A DNA stretch of 64,000 nt from NCBI GenBank assembly GCA_001823695.1, contig MHVD01000015.1, positions 2,445-66,444 on the forward strand, read 5' to 3'. The notes under the pieces were generated by a model. The model worked only from the letters and a program-made list of their open reading frames with translations. It was not told the DNA's origin and made no database searches. This document shows positions 45,904 through 54,789 of this stretch, one piece after another. Source of the stretch: Candidatus Zambryskibacteria bacterium RIFCSPHIGHO2_01_FULL_43_25. Lineage in GTDB: Bacteria; Patescibacteriota; Minisyncoccia; Phycocordibacterales; Zambryskibacteraceae. Positions within the stretch are counted from its first letter, which is position 1, and the number at the start of each line of letters is the position of its first letter. A program made the translations under genes and the position numbers.

Positions 45904-46106
45904 AATGAATCCCGTAAGAAATAGGAAATGTAACATATATGAAAATAAAAAAGCAAACAATTTATATACTCGAAAAAGGAGATGCGGCTGGTTGTGGGAC
46001 ATAAACATTTCCGTAGTTAAATAGTTGGTAGGTATATTAATATTGAGCAAATAAGAAAAATTCATTTAAATTTTACAAGACAAACTAAATAATTTCTAAC
46101 GGGATG
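45904..46106 (+). repeat. start-codon-abutting element (family g) copy 3
   Basis: Flanked by ATGAA on both sides; removal plus one ATGAA restores a 16-bp spacer between ATPase stop and hlyD ATG. Confidence 0.65.
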
Positions 46107-47624
46107 AAAGAAAAAATAAAAAAAGTTACTGAAAACATAAAAAGACACAAGATTATTTCTGCTGTTGCGCTTATGGTCATAATTGCAGTTATCGCGGGAA
46201 TTGCCGGCAGGAGCGGAAATGGCAAGGAATACGTTACTGTTGATAGTGGAGAAGTGGTTGTCGAAGTAGCTGTTACAGGCAAGGTGAAGGCCCTCCGCGA
46301 CGTATCGCTGTCTTTCGAAAAGGCCGGTAGAATCGCTTACGCGCCATTTTCAATCGGGGACGCGGTAAGCGCGAGCCAAGTTTTAGCTTCTTTGGACAAG
46401 TCTCAAGCGAACGCTGACTTGCTGAAGGCTCGCGCCGCGCTTCAAGTTGAGGAGGTTGCACTTACAAAACTCAAGCAAAGCGCTCCAAATGACTACAATG
46501 ACGCCAAAGCGAATCTCGTCGCCTCCATTGAGGATGCTTATGTGAAAACTGACGATGCCGTGAGAAACAACGCCGATCAATTTTTTAAGAATCCAAGAAC
46601 GAGCGCTAATTACCTTGAATTTTCTTTTATCGACGGAGGCACTATTTATAATTTCCCGATTGATACGGATTTGAAGATAAAGATTAATAACGAAAGGTAC
46701 GCTTTGGAACTGTCGCTGAATAAATGGCAGGCGGGCCTGCTGTCCGTAAATTCGGCGCCTTTACTTGATTCGTTTGTCGCCGAAGCTGAGTCCGTTCTCA
46801 AGCAAGCAAACATTTTCTTAAACGACCTAGCGCTGGCCGCCAATTCCATTGTCCCGTCAGAATTCCAGTATGAGGCGACTATCAGCGGGTATAAGACGAC
46901 TATAACAGGGGCAAGAAGCGGGGTGGGGGGTGCTCTCGCAAGCTTGATCGCTGCAAAGCAGAGTTGGAATGCCGCACCTCAGATTATAACTGGAGGACAG
47001 GGCGGCTATGATGACGTCTTGTCGCAAGAGGCGAAAGTAGCCCAAGCAGAGGCCACAGTTAAAGCCGCAGAAGTTGATTTGTTGAAAACTGAAATTCGTT
47101 CTCCCATAGACGGGGTATTGTCAGTGCAAAATGGCGAAGTCGGTGAAATAGCCACAGTCAATACGCCAATTGTAGGCATAATTTCGGACAAACAATTTGA
47201 AATTGAAGCTGATGTCTCAGAGGTTAATGTGGGTAAAATTGGCATTGGAAATGAAGTCAGTATTACCTTTGACGCTTTCTTGGGCCAAGTATTTACGGGA
47301 GAAGTTTTCAGCATAGAACCTTCTGAAACGATTGTTGACGGGGTGGTTAATTTTAAAACTAAAATTCGCATACCAGAGAATTCTGTTGGGCTCAAGAACG
47401 GCTTGACGGCAAATTTGAAAATAAAATCGGCTTCCAAGACGGACGTTCTAAGAATCCCCCAGTACGCGCTAAAAAAAAGAGACGATGTTTTGATTGCGCG
47501 AGTGCAAACCAGCGATGGTGTTGAAGAAAGAGTGGTTTCAACCGGACTTATCGGTTCAAACGGATTTGTTGAAATAGTGAGCGGCTTAAACGGGGGAGAG
47601 AGGGTGCTGATTAGCAGTGAATAA
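46104..47624 (+). CDS. HlyD-family periplasmic adaptor-like protein (YknX/MacA-like)
   Basis: N-terminal TM, long coiled coil, C-terminal beta-barrel. Confidence 0.6.
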   Translation: MKEKIKKVTENIKRHKIISAVALMVIIAVIAGIAGRSGNGKEYVTVDSGEVVVEVAVTGKVKALRDVSLSFEKAGRIAYAPFSIGDAVSASQVLASLDKSQANADLLKARAALQVEEVALTKLKQSAPNDYNDAKANLVASIEDAYVKTDDAVRNNADQFFKNPRTSANYLEFSFIDGGTIYNFPIDTDLKIKINNERYALELSLNKWQAGLLSVNSAPLLDSFVAEAESVLKQANIFLNDLALAANSIVPSEFQYEATISGYKTTITGARSGVGGALASLIAAKQSWNAAPQIITGGQGGYDDVLSQEAKVAQAEATVKAAEVDLLKTEIRSPIDGVLSVQNGEVGEIATVNTPIVGIISDKQFEIEADVSEVNVGKIGIGNEVSITFDAFLGQVFTGEVFSIEPSETIVDGVVNFKTKIRIPENSVGLKNGLTANLKIKSASKTDVLRIPQYALKKRDDVLIARVQTSDGVEERVVSTGLIGSNGFVEIVSGLNGGERVLISSE

Positions 47625-47655
47625 AGAATCAGGAATTAGGAATTAAGAATTTAAA
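47618..47655 (+). repeat. stop-codon-overlapping tandem repeat (family f)
   Basis: GTGAATAAAGAATCAGGAATTAGGAATTAAGAAT; hlyD TAA inside first unit. Confidence 0.45.
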
Positions 47656-47734
47656 AGAAAAACCCGTTAGAGGTCGGAAGACATAACGGGGAGCAGTTTG
47701 GCTGGGTCTGCTCAGCCCTTGTTACTGTCGCTTA

Positions 47735-48148
47735 CTAGCGAGAGCGCTTCATTTGCAACCCCCTGTCCTTGAGGGCCGCGTTCTCGAGCGCGAGTTCAGC
47801 ATACATACGCTTGAGTCTTGTGTTCTGGTTTTCCAGATCCCGCAACCGCTCTTGGTCTTGCATCGCGGACCCGCCCAACATCTCGATGAACAACTTGCTC
47901 TCGGATATACCAAGCGCCCTAGCAATCAGGTGGACTTGGGGAACCGTGAGATGCGCGCGCCCCTTCTCGACACGATGCAGGTGCGCAACCGAGACTCCTC
48001 TCTTCGCGGGATCAACTTTCTTGGTTGCACCCCAGAGAGCACGCAGGGAGAACCTCCGCTCCGTGCGATTGTTGCGCAAGGCGATCGCCTCGGCAGACAA
48101 AGACACAGAACCCCTCTCGGGATTTGCGTCTGCAACTACGGATGACAT
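47735..48148 (-). CDS. XRE-family HTH transcriptional regulator with C-terminal coiled coil (58% GC)
   Basis: HTH LTVPQVHLIARALGISESKLF; GGAG SD. Confidence 0.6.
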   Translation of the reverse strand: MSSVVADANPERGSVSLSAEAIALRNNRTERRFSLRALWGATKKVDPAKRGVSVAHLHRVEKGRAHLTVPQVHLIARALGISESKLFIEMLGGSAMQDQERLRDLENQNTRLKRMYAELALENAALKDRGLQMKRSR

Positions 48149-48201
48149 GGGGTTTTCTCCGCGTGGAGGTGGGGGGTGAAAGAAACGTCTATCCGTTACT
48201 A

Positions 48202-48229
48202 ATTATATCAAGTTGTTAAATCTTGTCAA
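48202..48229 (-). promoter_or_regulatory. consensus sigma70 promoter TTGACA-16-TATAAT (- strand)
   Basis: Perfect hexamers on reverse strand. Confidence 0.55.
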
Positions 48230-48230
48230 G

Positions 48231-48258
48231 TTGCAAAAAAACTAAAAACTGTTAAAAT
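48231..48258 (+). promoter_or_regulatory. divergent promoter TTGCAA-16-TAAAAT (+ strand)
   Basis: Back-to-back with XRE promoter; leads into structured region ending at terminator 48656-48692. Confidence 0.35.
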
Positions 48259-48655
48259 ATACACGTAGTTCTTTAAGAGCGAAATCAGCCCCAAAGACCC
48301 TGCGGTGCAGTGTCGGGGTAAAAAACACCCTCTCTTTTCTTTGGATTTGGAAAAGCCCAAAGGGAAGAGAGGGGCAGTCATGATTAATGGCAACCGTGCC
48401 TTGTCCGGCACGAGCAAGCTTCTCTCAACAATTCAATCTTATGAGGATTAGAAGCGTTGTGGGATTGGGGCTTGCCATAATTATGGCGAAGTTTCTAGTC
48501 CCGAGAATTTTTTCGGGATTTGAGAACACCCTCGTGTTGTTCTTTGATCTCGCGCAAACCATACTTACTCGCGGGAACAATTCCGCGACAAGTATTGGCA
48601 GTTTCTTGCCCTCTCCGTAGGCAGAAGAGCCTTTCGGGCGGGGCAGGGAAGAGAA

Positions 48656-48692
48656 AACCGGCAGCTGACTTCACAGCTTGTCCGGTTTTTTG
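48656..48692 (+). terminator. intrinsic terminator AACCGGCAGCTG...AGCTTGTCCGGTT + TTTTTT
   Basis: Read directly. Confidence 0.5.
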
Positions 48693-48788
48693 CTGAAAAT
48701 TGACAAAAGCGTTAAAAAACGGATTAAAATTATAGCCAAAATATAGCTACAGATATAGTTATTTTAGACTTTTTTGTTACGAAAAAGA

Positions 48789-48817
48789 TTGACAAATAAA
48801 CTAAAACATGCTAAGAT
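48789..48817 (+). promoter_or_regulatory. promoter TTGACA-17-TAAGAT followed by hairpin TCCAGG-TTAGAA-CCTGGA-TTTTT
   Basis: Read directly. Confidence 0.45.
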
Positions 48818-48915
48818 AGATATGTCCAGGTTAGAACCTGGATTTTTCTTTTTACGGAGACGACAGAATTATCCATTAAGCAAAATCTATTATAAATCTC
48901 GCGACAGTTGGTTTA

Positions 48916-49344
48916 TTGGCCGTCATTTCTGGATTCAGTACTTTGAACATATCCGCAAGTGTTGATGGGGCAGTTGCTCCGGAGACAATCGTGGAGAATA
49001 TGGTGGAGAAGGTAGATGAACGCCCGTTCACTACCGAAGAGCAGGTGAAGAAGTACTTCCGAGACATTCCTGTCTTGGTTGATATCGCTCAATGTGAATC
49101 TCGTTTCAGACATACAGGAAAGAGCGGCAGTATTATCCGCGGCGAGATAAATCCATACGATATCGGCGTCATGCAAATAAACGAGTGGTATCACGGCAAG
49201 ACTGCGAAAAAACTGGGATACGACCTATACTCCATAGAAGGTAATATGGCCTACGCTAGGTATCTATATGAGAAAGAAGGCTCCAGGCCGTGGAATTCAT
49301 CCTCACATTGCTGGGACGATTATAAGGAATTGGCCCGTAAATAA
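48916..49344 (+). CDS. SLT-domain lytic transglycosylase-like protein
   Basis: AQCESRF and GVMQIN motifs; TTG start, no clear signal peptide. Confidence 0.45.
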   Translation: MAVISGFSTLNISASVDGAVAPETIVENMVEKVDERPFTTEEQVKKYFRDIPVLVDIAQCESRFRHTGKSGSIIRGEINPYDIGVMQINEWYHGKTAKKLGYDLYSIEGNMAYARYLYEKEGSRPWNSSSHCWDDYKELARK

Positions 49345-49388
49345 AGATGTCCTCGGAGCAAAGTCCGAGGCGTTAAGGCGGCTAAAGC

Positions 49389-49425
49389 AAAAACCCCGAA
49401 GGGCGGAAGCTCCTCGGGGTTTTTG
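49389..49425. terminator. bidirectional terminator AAAACCCCGAAGG...CCTCGGGGTTTTT
   Basis: Between convergent genes, A/T runs both sides. Confidence 0.5.
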
Positions 49426-49433
49426 CGTTTCTG

Positions 49434-49907
49434 CTACGGCCGCTGTTTTAGCAGGAAAACGCTTGAAATAAATATTAGCGTGGTTGTTATTGCCGAGATC
49501 ATACAATAAGTGCAGATAGCTTCAATAAGGAAGATTTGGGCATATACAAGCCAAAGAGAAAATACAAAACCAAAACCGGAGATAGCCGCTATGGCCTGTT
49601 TGACGGCCATGTGCCTTTTCTCCAATATAAACAGGGAAGCGAGGAATAGAAACAAATAATAAACCGCTCCGACTAGCGCCATTGGAATGCCCAAGATGGT
49701 GCTGTACTTGCTCGTGGTGACAACATCACAACCCTCGGTTATAAAACACGGAGGAGTAATGCCGAGAATGCTGTTCGCGGAAAGATATAAGGAATCAACG
49801 AAGCCGATAAATGCAAGAATGATTATAAAAATAATTATTCTTTTCTGGACGGTTCCAAGCTCAATTGGCGTAATAGAAGAGGAATCCATATTCATATTAC
49901 TGTACAA
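49434..49907 (-). CDS. vitamin K epoxide reductase (VKOR)-family membrane protein
   Basis: Loop Cys pair (CFITEGCDV) and CTYC redox motif in TM. Confidence 0.65.
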   Translation of the reverse strand: MYSNMNMDSSSITPIELGTVQKRIIIFIIILAFIGFVDSLYLSANSILGITPPCFITEGCDVVTTSKYSTILGIPMALVGAVYYLFLFLASLFILEKRHMAVKQAIAAISGFGFVFSLWLVYAQIFLIEAICTYCMISAITTTLIFISSVFLLKQRP

Positions 49908-50556
49908 CTTCAGGAGTTATTTCTTTAGCAATCAAATCGACGAATTCCTGATAAGAGTTCGGGTTCGCTATCTTTTTGCCATTTACAAACATGGTCGGAG
50001 TTGAGTTTAGGTTAAGGCGCAGAGCTTCTTTGAGGTCGTTTGCGACTTTGTCCGCGGCTGCTTCTGATTTTAGGTCAGTTTTGTATTTTTCTATATCCAA
50101 GCCGATTGCTGAAGCATATTTGTCAAAGAAGGCAATATCGCGGCTTCCTGACCACTCCTCCTGATTGTCAAAGAGGGCATTGTGCATTTCCCAGAACTTT
50201 CCCTGAAGAGCGGCGGCTTCCGAAACTAGCGCGGAATTATTCGCGTTCGCGTGGATCTGTCGAAGAGGGAAATGACGATAAATTACTCTGACATCTGAAG
50301 GGAAGTCCTCTACCAGCTGACTTAATACAGGATAGTACGTTTGGCAAGCCGGACATTGAAAGTCACTCCACTCAACTATTGTTACTCTAGCATTCTCTCC
50401 GGCGCCTTTTATATGATCTTGTGGTGTAATTTCAATCTCGGATTTCTCTGCCCCATCTTCCGATAGGGAAGGGTTGGCTGGTTTTGATGCGAGCCACATT
50501 ACCCCGAAAGCGACGATGATGATTACCAACAGTCCTATTGTCCAACTTTTTTTCAT
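49897..50556 (-). CDS. DsbA-like thioredoxin-fold disulfide oxidoreductase
   Basis: CPAC active site; signal-anchor N-terminus. Confidence 0.7.
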   Translation of the reverse strand: MKKSWTIGLLVIIIVAFGVMWLASKPANPSLSEDGAEKSEIEITPQDHIKGAGENARVTIVEWSDFQCPACQTYYPVLSQLVEDFPSDVRVIYRHFPLRQIHANANNSALVSEAAALQGKFWEMHNALFDNQEEWSGSRDIAFFDKYASAIGLDIEKYKTDLKSEAAADKVANDLKEALRLNLNSTPTMFVNGKKIANPNSYQEFVDLIAKEITPEVVQ

Positions 50557-50752
50557 ATCAACAATTTAGAATTTGTAACTGCTTAATACTAATATAATTT
50601 TCCTAAGAATCAAGTAGCACTTCTTGGGGGAGGAGTATCTATTGATTAGGTCCCGCCTTGTATAATCGTGTCGCACAATATATCTTTTACGCGGGTTGCT
50701 TATACGACCTATATATAAAGGGCTTTAAATTGAAACAGTTCTCTCCCCTAGT

Positions 50753-51415
50753 TTATTTTTTTCCAACTCGCAGCGCTTTTCTATCTTTGCAGAATTTCTG
50801 GAATGTACCCCACCCCATTAGCTGTTGCCTATCATTAAGACTGGACTTTTTATTTTGCACTAATTGGTCCAATACGTTCTGCGACAGTTTCTCGTTCATT
50901 TGAAGAAAAATTACCGGATATTGTCCCATTGATTCGTTGTTGTATTTATGAAGCTTGCTGTTAAGGCATCCGGCCAGGTTTCTTCGGTCTGAAGGATAGA
51001 ATACGTCAACACAAAAACCTTTTCCAGTGTCGTAAACGAAAAAATCCGCCCTTGTTCTCTTGTCGTCGCTAAAAAAGTATTCACGGTGAACGAATTCCTT
51101 TCCGAAACGACCCTTAAGGTATTCATACACCGTTTTTTCAGTTTTATGGGCGCGTGTGTTGATTTTATGAGCGCGTTCCGAACTATGTTTTCCACTTCTA
51201 AAATCCGGTTGGGTTTCCAACCTCAGCTTCTTGCGAAGAGCCACAAGACCGCCAAACCTGCGTTCAATTGAACGAGCTGATGGCAGGTATGGATATTTGT
51301 CTACTTCCGGAGCTGTTGGGTATCTACCGTTTTGGTCAAAGAAATGTTTTAGGCCGGACATCAGCTCTTTTTCTGTCCACGGTTTTTGTTTTCCGAGTTT
51401 TTGCGCACGGAGCAT
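50753..51415 (-). CDS. putative homing endonuclease: N-terminal homing-endonuclease-associated repeat (HEAR) + C-terminal nuclease-like domain
   Basis: WTEKELMSGLKHFFDQNGRYPTAPEV...IERRFGGLVALRKKL fits HEAR consensus; C-terminal ADFFVYD...FCVDVFYP loosely PD-(D/E)xK-like. Confidence 0.45.
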   Translation of the reverse strand: MLRAQKLGKQKPWTEKELMSGLKHFFDQNGRYPTAPEVDKYPYLPSARSIERRFGGLVALRKKLRLETQPDFRSGKHSSERAHKINTRAHKTEKTVYEYLKGRFGKEFVHREYFFSDDKRTRADFFVYDTGKGFCVDVFYPSDRRNLAGCLNSKLHKYNNESMGQYPVIFLQMNEKLSQNVLDQLVQNKKSSLNDRQQLMGWGTFQKFCKDRKALRVGKK

Positions 51416-51452
51416 TACCTAATTATATATCTAGAGTCGTATAACACAACTG

Positions 51453-51560
51453 TTAATCCATGAGCTTTTCCCACCAGCTGAATGTAAGATGCAAAAACAG
51501 ATACATTGGAATGTATATCGGGGCCAATAGCAGGAATAGTATGATCTTTACAGCTTTCAT
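51453..51560 (-). CDS. 35-aa hydrophobic peptide
   Basis: MKAVKIILFLLLAPIYIPMYLFLHLTFSWWEKLMD; AAGGAGG SD 9 nt upstream. Confidence 0.25.
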   Translation of the reverse strand: MKAVKIILFLLLAPIYIPMYLFLHLTFSWWEKLMD

Positions 51561-51601
51561 TTAAAAAGGGCCTCCTTAGAGGCGTATTTTGCCGTATTAA
51601 G

Positions 51602-51907
51602 TTAACTGGCAGGTTGATTTGAGTCAACCCAGTCTTTGATAATGGTAGCTACCTTGACCATATTATCCCAGACTATATCTATAACCACCTCGTCCCAGAT
51701 ATAGTTAGCGACCCCGCTTATGTATCTGTCCCAGACGATAGTTATTGCTGTCTTGGCGTAGTTGAGTACATTCTGGACTGATGGAGATTTTATAAAATTA
51801 ATAACATTGAAATCAAAAAAATATCCCAGAACAGAAAGGCCTATAATCAGGGATATTATCGTGCCGATGAACCCTCTTCTGCTGTCTTTCCCGGAAATTT
51901 TTGTCAT
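51602..51907 (-). CDS. small membrane protein (101 aa)
   Basis: One TM; ORF only. Confidence 0.3.
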   Translation of the reverse strand: MTKISGKDSRRGFIGTIISLIIGLSVLGYFFDFNVINFIKSPSVQNVLNYAKTAITIVWDRYISGVANYIWDEVVIDIVWDNMVKVATIIKDWVDSNQPAS

Positions 51908-51922
51908 TGTATTAACATAATA

Positions 51923-53224
51923 TTATGGCAGAGGCGGCAAATATGCCAGAGGATCAAGATAGGCGCTGGAAGGAGCTACTGGGATTGCTACCTGCTTGCA
52001 AAATTTGCTTTGAGTGTATTTTTGGATTGTAACTCCTTGGGAAGCGTAGATAGAAAGATGCAGGTGTGGGCCGGTTGAATATCCAGCTCCCGGTGTTCCC
52101 GGCTGACCGCCGCTCCAGCCGATTACCTCTCCTCTAGAAACATTGTTTCCTGTTGAAACTTTTATTCCGGAGAGATGCGCGTACATGCTTGAAAGTCCAT
52201 TACCGTGCTTTATAAGAAGCCACCTGCCGTATGAATAACAGCCGCGCTGGTCGTCGGTATTTCCCATACCGACGACCACTCCGTCTGCCACACTCTTTAC
52301 AGGAGTACCCATGGAAGCTCTGAAGTCTATTCCGTTGTGGGTTCCGGAGACGTACAATCTTTTCGCTTCCACCGTTGCGCCAAATTTCTGAGTAAGGAAG
52401 ATATTGTCAAGCGGCCAGCTTAGCACTTCTCCGCTGTCGGGCAATTTGCTTTTGTCTATCTGAATTTGTAGTTGTGATTCAAATTCAAAAAGCTCGCTTT
52501 CAAATTTTTTCCCCAACTCTATATTTTTCTGCAGAAGCTCTTTGTATTCCGCTTCTTTGCTCTTTGTCTCTGAAAGCAGCGTGTTTTTTGCCTTCTTGTT
52601 TTGTTCAACCACAACTTTCTTGTCTGACAAATCTTCTTTGTAATATACTAGCTCCCCTTCCTTCTCTTCGTTGTTTGTCTTCTTTTCTTCAAGGTCTTTC
52701 TTCAGAGTCCTCAAGGAATCAATATTATGCCTAATGCTTGTCTGAAATCTCTTTAGAGTTTCGATAGTATCCCAAAAATCGTTTATATTTTTGTATTGAA
52801 GCATTGTTTCTAGTAGACTCTGCTTCTCGTCTTGTTCAAGATTGCGGATGGATTCCGCTATTGCTTCTTTGTCGTAGGAAATGCTCTTTTCGGTGTCGCC
52901 TATTTCAATCCCAAGTTTTTCTATTACAAGCTGGGTGTTGTTTATTTTTGTCTCCGTAACTTTTATATCGTTCTGAAGTTTTTTTCGGGTTGTATCCAGA
53001 GACTTGACTGCGTTCTCTAAAGTTTGGGCCTGTTTGTTGGTTTCGTCTATCTGGACTTCAAGCTTGCGGTTTTCTTCTTCCAGTTTTTCCTTTTCTTTTC
53101 TGGTCTCCTCTATTTTTCTCTCCAATTCCTCAATGCTTAGAGCTTGCGCGCCATTAACGCCAAAAAACAACCCGAAAGTTGCCAAAACGAGCAATATGAG
53201 GATGGATTGTATTAATTTCCGCAT
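51923..53224 (-). CDS. M23 peptidase with long coiled coil (EnvC-like)
   Basis: HNGIDF ... GPHLHLSIY M23 zinc motifs. Confidence 0.75.
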   Translation of the reverse strand: MRKLIQSILILLVLATFGLFFGVNGAQALSIEELERKIEETRKEKEKLEEENRKLEVQIDETNKQAQTLENAVKSLDTTRKKLQNDIKVTETKINNTQLVIEKLGIEIGDTEKSISYDKEAIAESIRNLEQDEKQSLLETMLQYKNINDFWDTIETLKRFQTSIRHNIDSLRTLKKDLEEKKTNNEEKEGELVYYKEDLSDKKVVVEQNKKAKNTLLSETKSKEAEYKELLQKNIELGKKFESELFEFESQLQIQIDKSKLPDSGEVLSWPLDNIFLTQKFGATVEAKRLYVSGTHNGIDFRASMGTPVKSVADGVVVGMGNTDDQRGCYSYGRWLLIKHGNGLSSMYAHLSGIKVSTGNNVSRGEVIGWSGGQPGTPGAGYSTGPHLHLSIYASQGVTIQKYTQSKFCKQVAIPVAPSSAYLDPLAYLPPLP

Positions 53225-53246
53225 TATTTTGTTTTTTCATCACGCC

Positions 53247-54605
53247 TTATTTTCTGCCGGTTTCTGCGTCTATCTTTCGGACAGCTTCTTTTATTCTCTC
53301 AGAAGTTTCTTTCTTGCCAAGTATCTGAGCCAAAACAAAGGGATCTGGTGATTTATCTTTTCCTGAAAGTGCTACCCTAAAAGGCCACAGAACTGCTCCT
53401 CTCCCCTCTTTTTCCGCATAGCTCCAGATAAATCCTTTCACTTTTTCTGCTGAAAGTTCTTTTTCATCCTGTTCTTGAAGTATTGCTCCAACCGTATTCA
53501 GATGACGGATTATGTCGCTCTTTTCTTGCTCTCCTTTGTAATTTAACACGGACGCGCCGTAAACGGGTTTTTCAAAAAAATAGTCTAAATCTCCGGAAGC
53601 CATAAGCTCGTCAACTTCTGACCATTTTGATATTCTTTCTGAAATTAACGGCTCAATTTTCCCGGCGAGGTCCTCCCCGCTTCCCCACTCTCTATCTTTT
53701 GATTTTTCTGACTGAATAATTTTTTCTATAATGATTTTCTTTCTTTCCTCTTCAGGCATTCTTTTTATATGTTCCTTGTTGACCCAGAGCAGCTTGTTCT
53801 CGTCGAATATAGCTCCTCCTTTTTGAATTCGCGATAAATCAAAAACTTCAACAAGTTCTTTCATAGAAAATATTTCCCTGTCGTCATCGGGATGCCAGCC
53901 AAGAAGCGCCAGGTAATTCACCATAGCTTCCGGCAAGAAACCCCTGTCTTTAAACTCGTTTATTGACACTGCCCCGTGCCTTTTGGACATTTTTGATCTG
54001 TCTTTGGCCAATATAAGCGGAATATGGCTGTACTTGGGCCGAGGCGCTCCTATGGCCTCCTGAATCAAAATCTGCCTTGGGGTGTTTGATATATGGTCTT
54101 CGCCGCGTATCACATGATTAATGTTCATTTCGAAGTCATCAACAACCACCGCAAAATGATACAGCGGTTCGTCCATTGATCTGGCTATGACAAAATCACC
54201 CAACTCTTCTGTGTTGAAACTGACTTGCCCGCGGACAGTATCTTCAAAAGAAATGTCTCTGTTTGGATTTCTAAATCTAATCACTTCATCTCTATTTCCA
54301 CCCTCTTCCTCTTTTGACAAATAAGCCTTGTTTTCGTCAATCAGCTTCTTCAGCCATTTTTTGTGCGAGTCTATTCTTTCTGACTGTCTGTAAAATTCGT
54401 CGTATTTTATTCCAAGCCAGTTGAAGCCGTCTATAATATTTTTCTCATATTCCGGTTTGTTTCTTTCCTTGTCGGTGTCTTCAATTCGTACGATAAAAAC
54501 CCCGCCCTCCTTTCTGGCAAACAAGAAATTAAACAACGCAGTTCGCGCAGTGCCTATATGCAGATTACCCGTCGGAGACGGGGCAATTCTTACTCGTGGC
54601 GTCAT
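53247..54605 (-). CDS. gltX: glutamyl-tRNA synthetase
   Basis: PSPTGNLHIGTART (HIGH) and KMSKRHG. Confidence 0.9.
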   Translation of the reverse strand: MTPRVRIAPSPTGNLHIGTARTALFNFLFARKEGGVFIVRIEDTDKERNKPEYEKNIIDGFNWLGIKYDEFYRQSERIDSHKKWLKKLIDENKAYLSKEEEGGNRDEVIRFRNPNRDISFEDTVRGQVSFNTEELGDFVIARSMDEPLYHFAVVVDDFEMNINHVIRGEDHISNTPRQILIQEAIGAPRPKYSHIPLILAKDRSKMSKRHGAVSINEFKDRGFLPEAMVNYLALLGWHPDDDREIFSMKELVEVFDLSRIQKGGAIFDENKLLWVNKEHIKRMPEEERKKIIIEKIIQSEKSKDREWGSGEDLAGKIEPLISERISKWSEVDELMASGDLDYFFEKPVYGASVLNYKGEQEKSDIIRHLNTVGAILQEQDEKELSAEKVKGFIWSYAEKEGRGAVLWPFRVALSGKDKSPDPFVLAQILGKKETSERIKEAVRKIDAETGRK

Positions 54606-54789
54606 TCTGTTAGAAGCAGGAAACGCACTTGCCGTTTCTGCCTGAAATTTTAAGAATATTAAACTTATTTTGACTGTACTGTTCCATCATTTACACATTA
54701 CCACACTTCAGTCCAGTATATAAATTTCCGTCTTTTTTTGATTGAATGATGTAAGTGTAATACATGGCTTCAGACATTTGTTATGGGAC

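Noticed and set aside
48260-48700. RNase P / tmRNA / SRP RNA in the structured region downstream of the XRE gene
   Set aside because: No P4 (AAGTCCGG...), tmRNA tRNA-like domain or tag reading frame, or SRP domain IV motif could be found; kept only as an unknown transcript.
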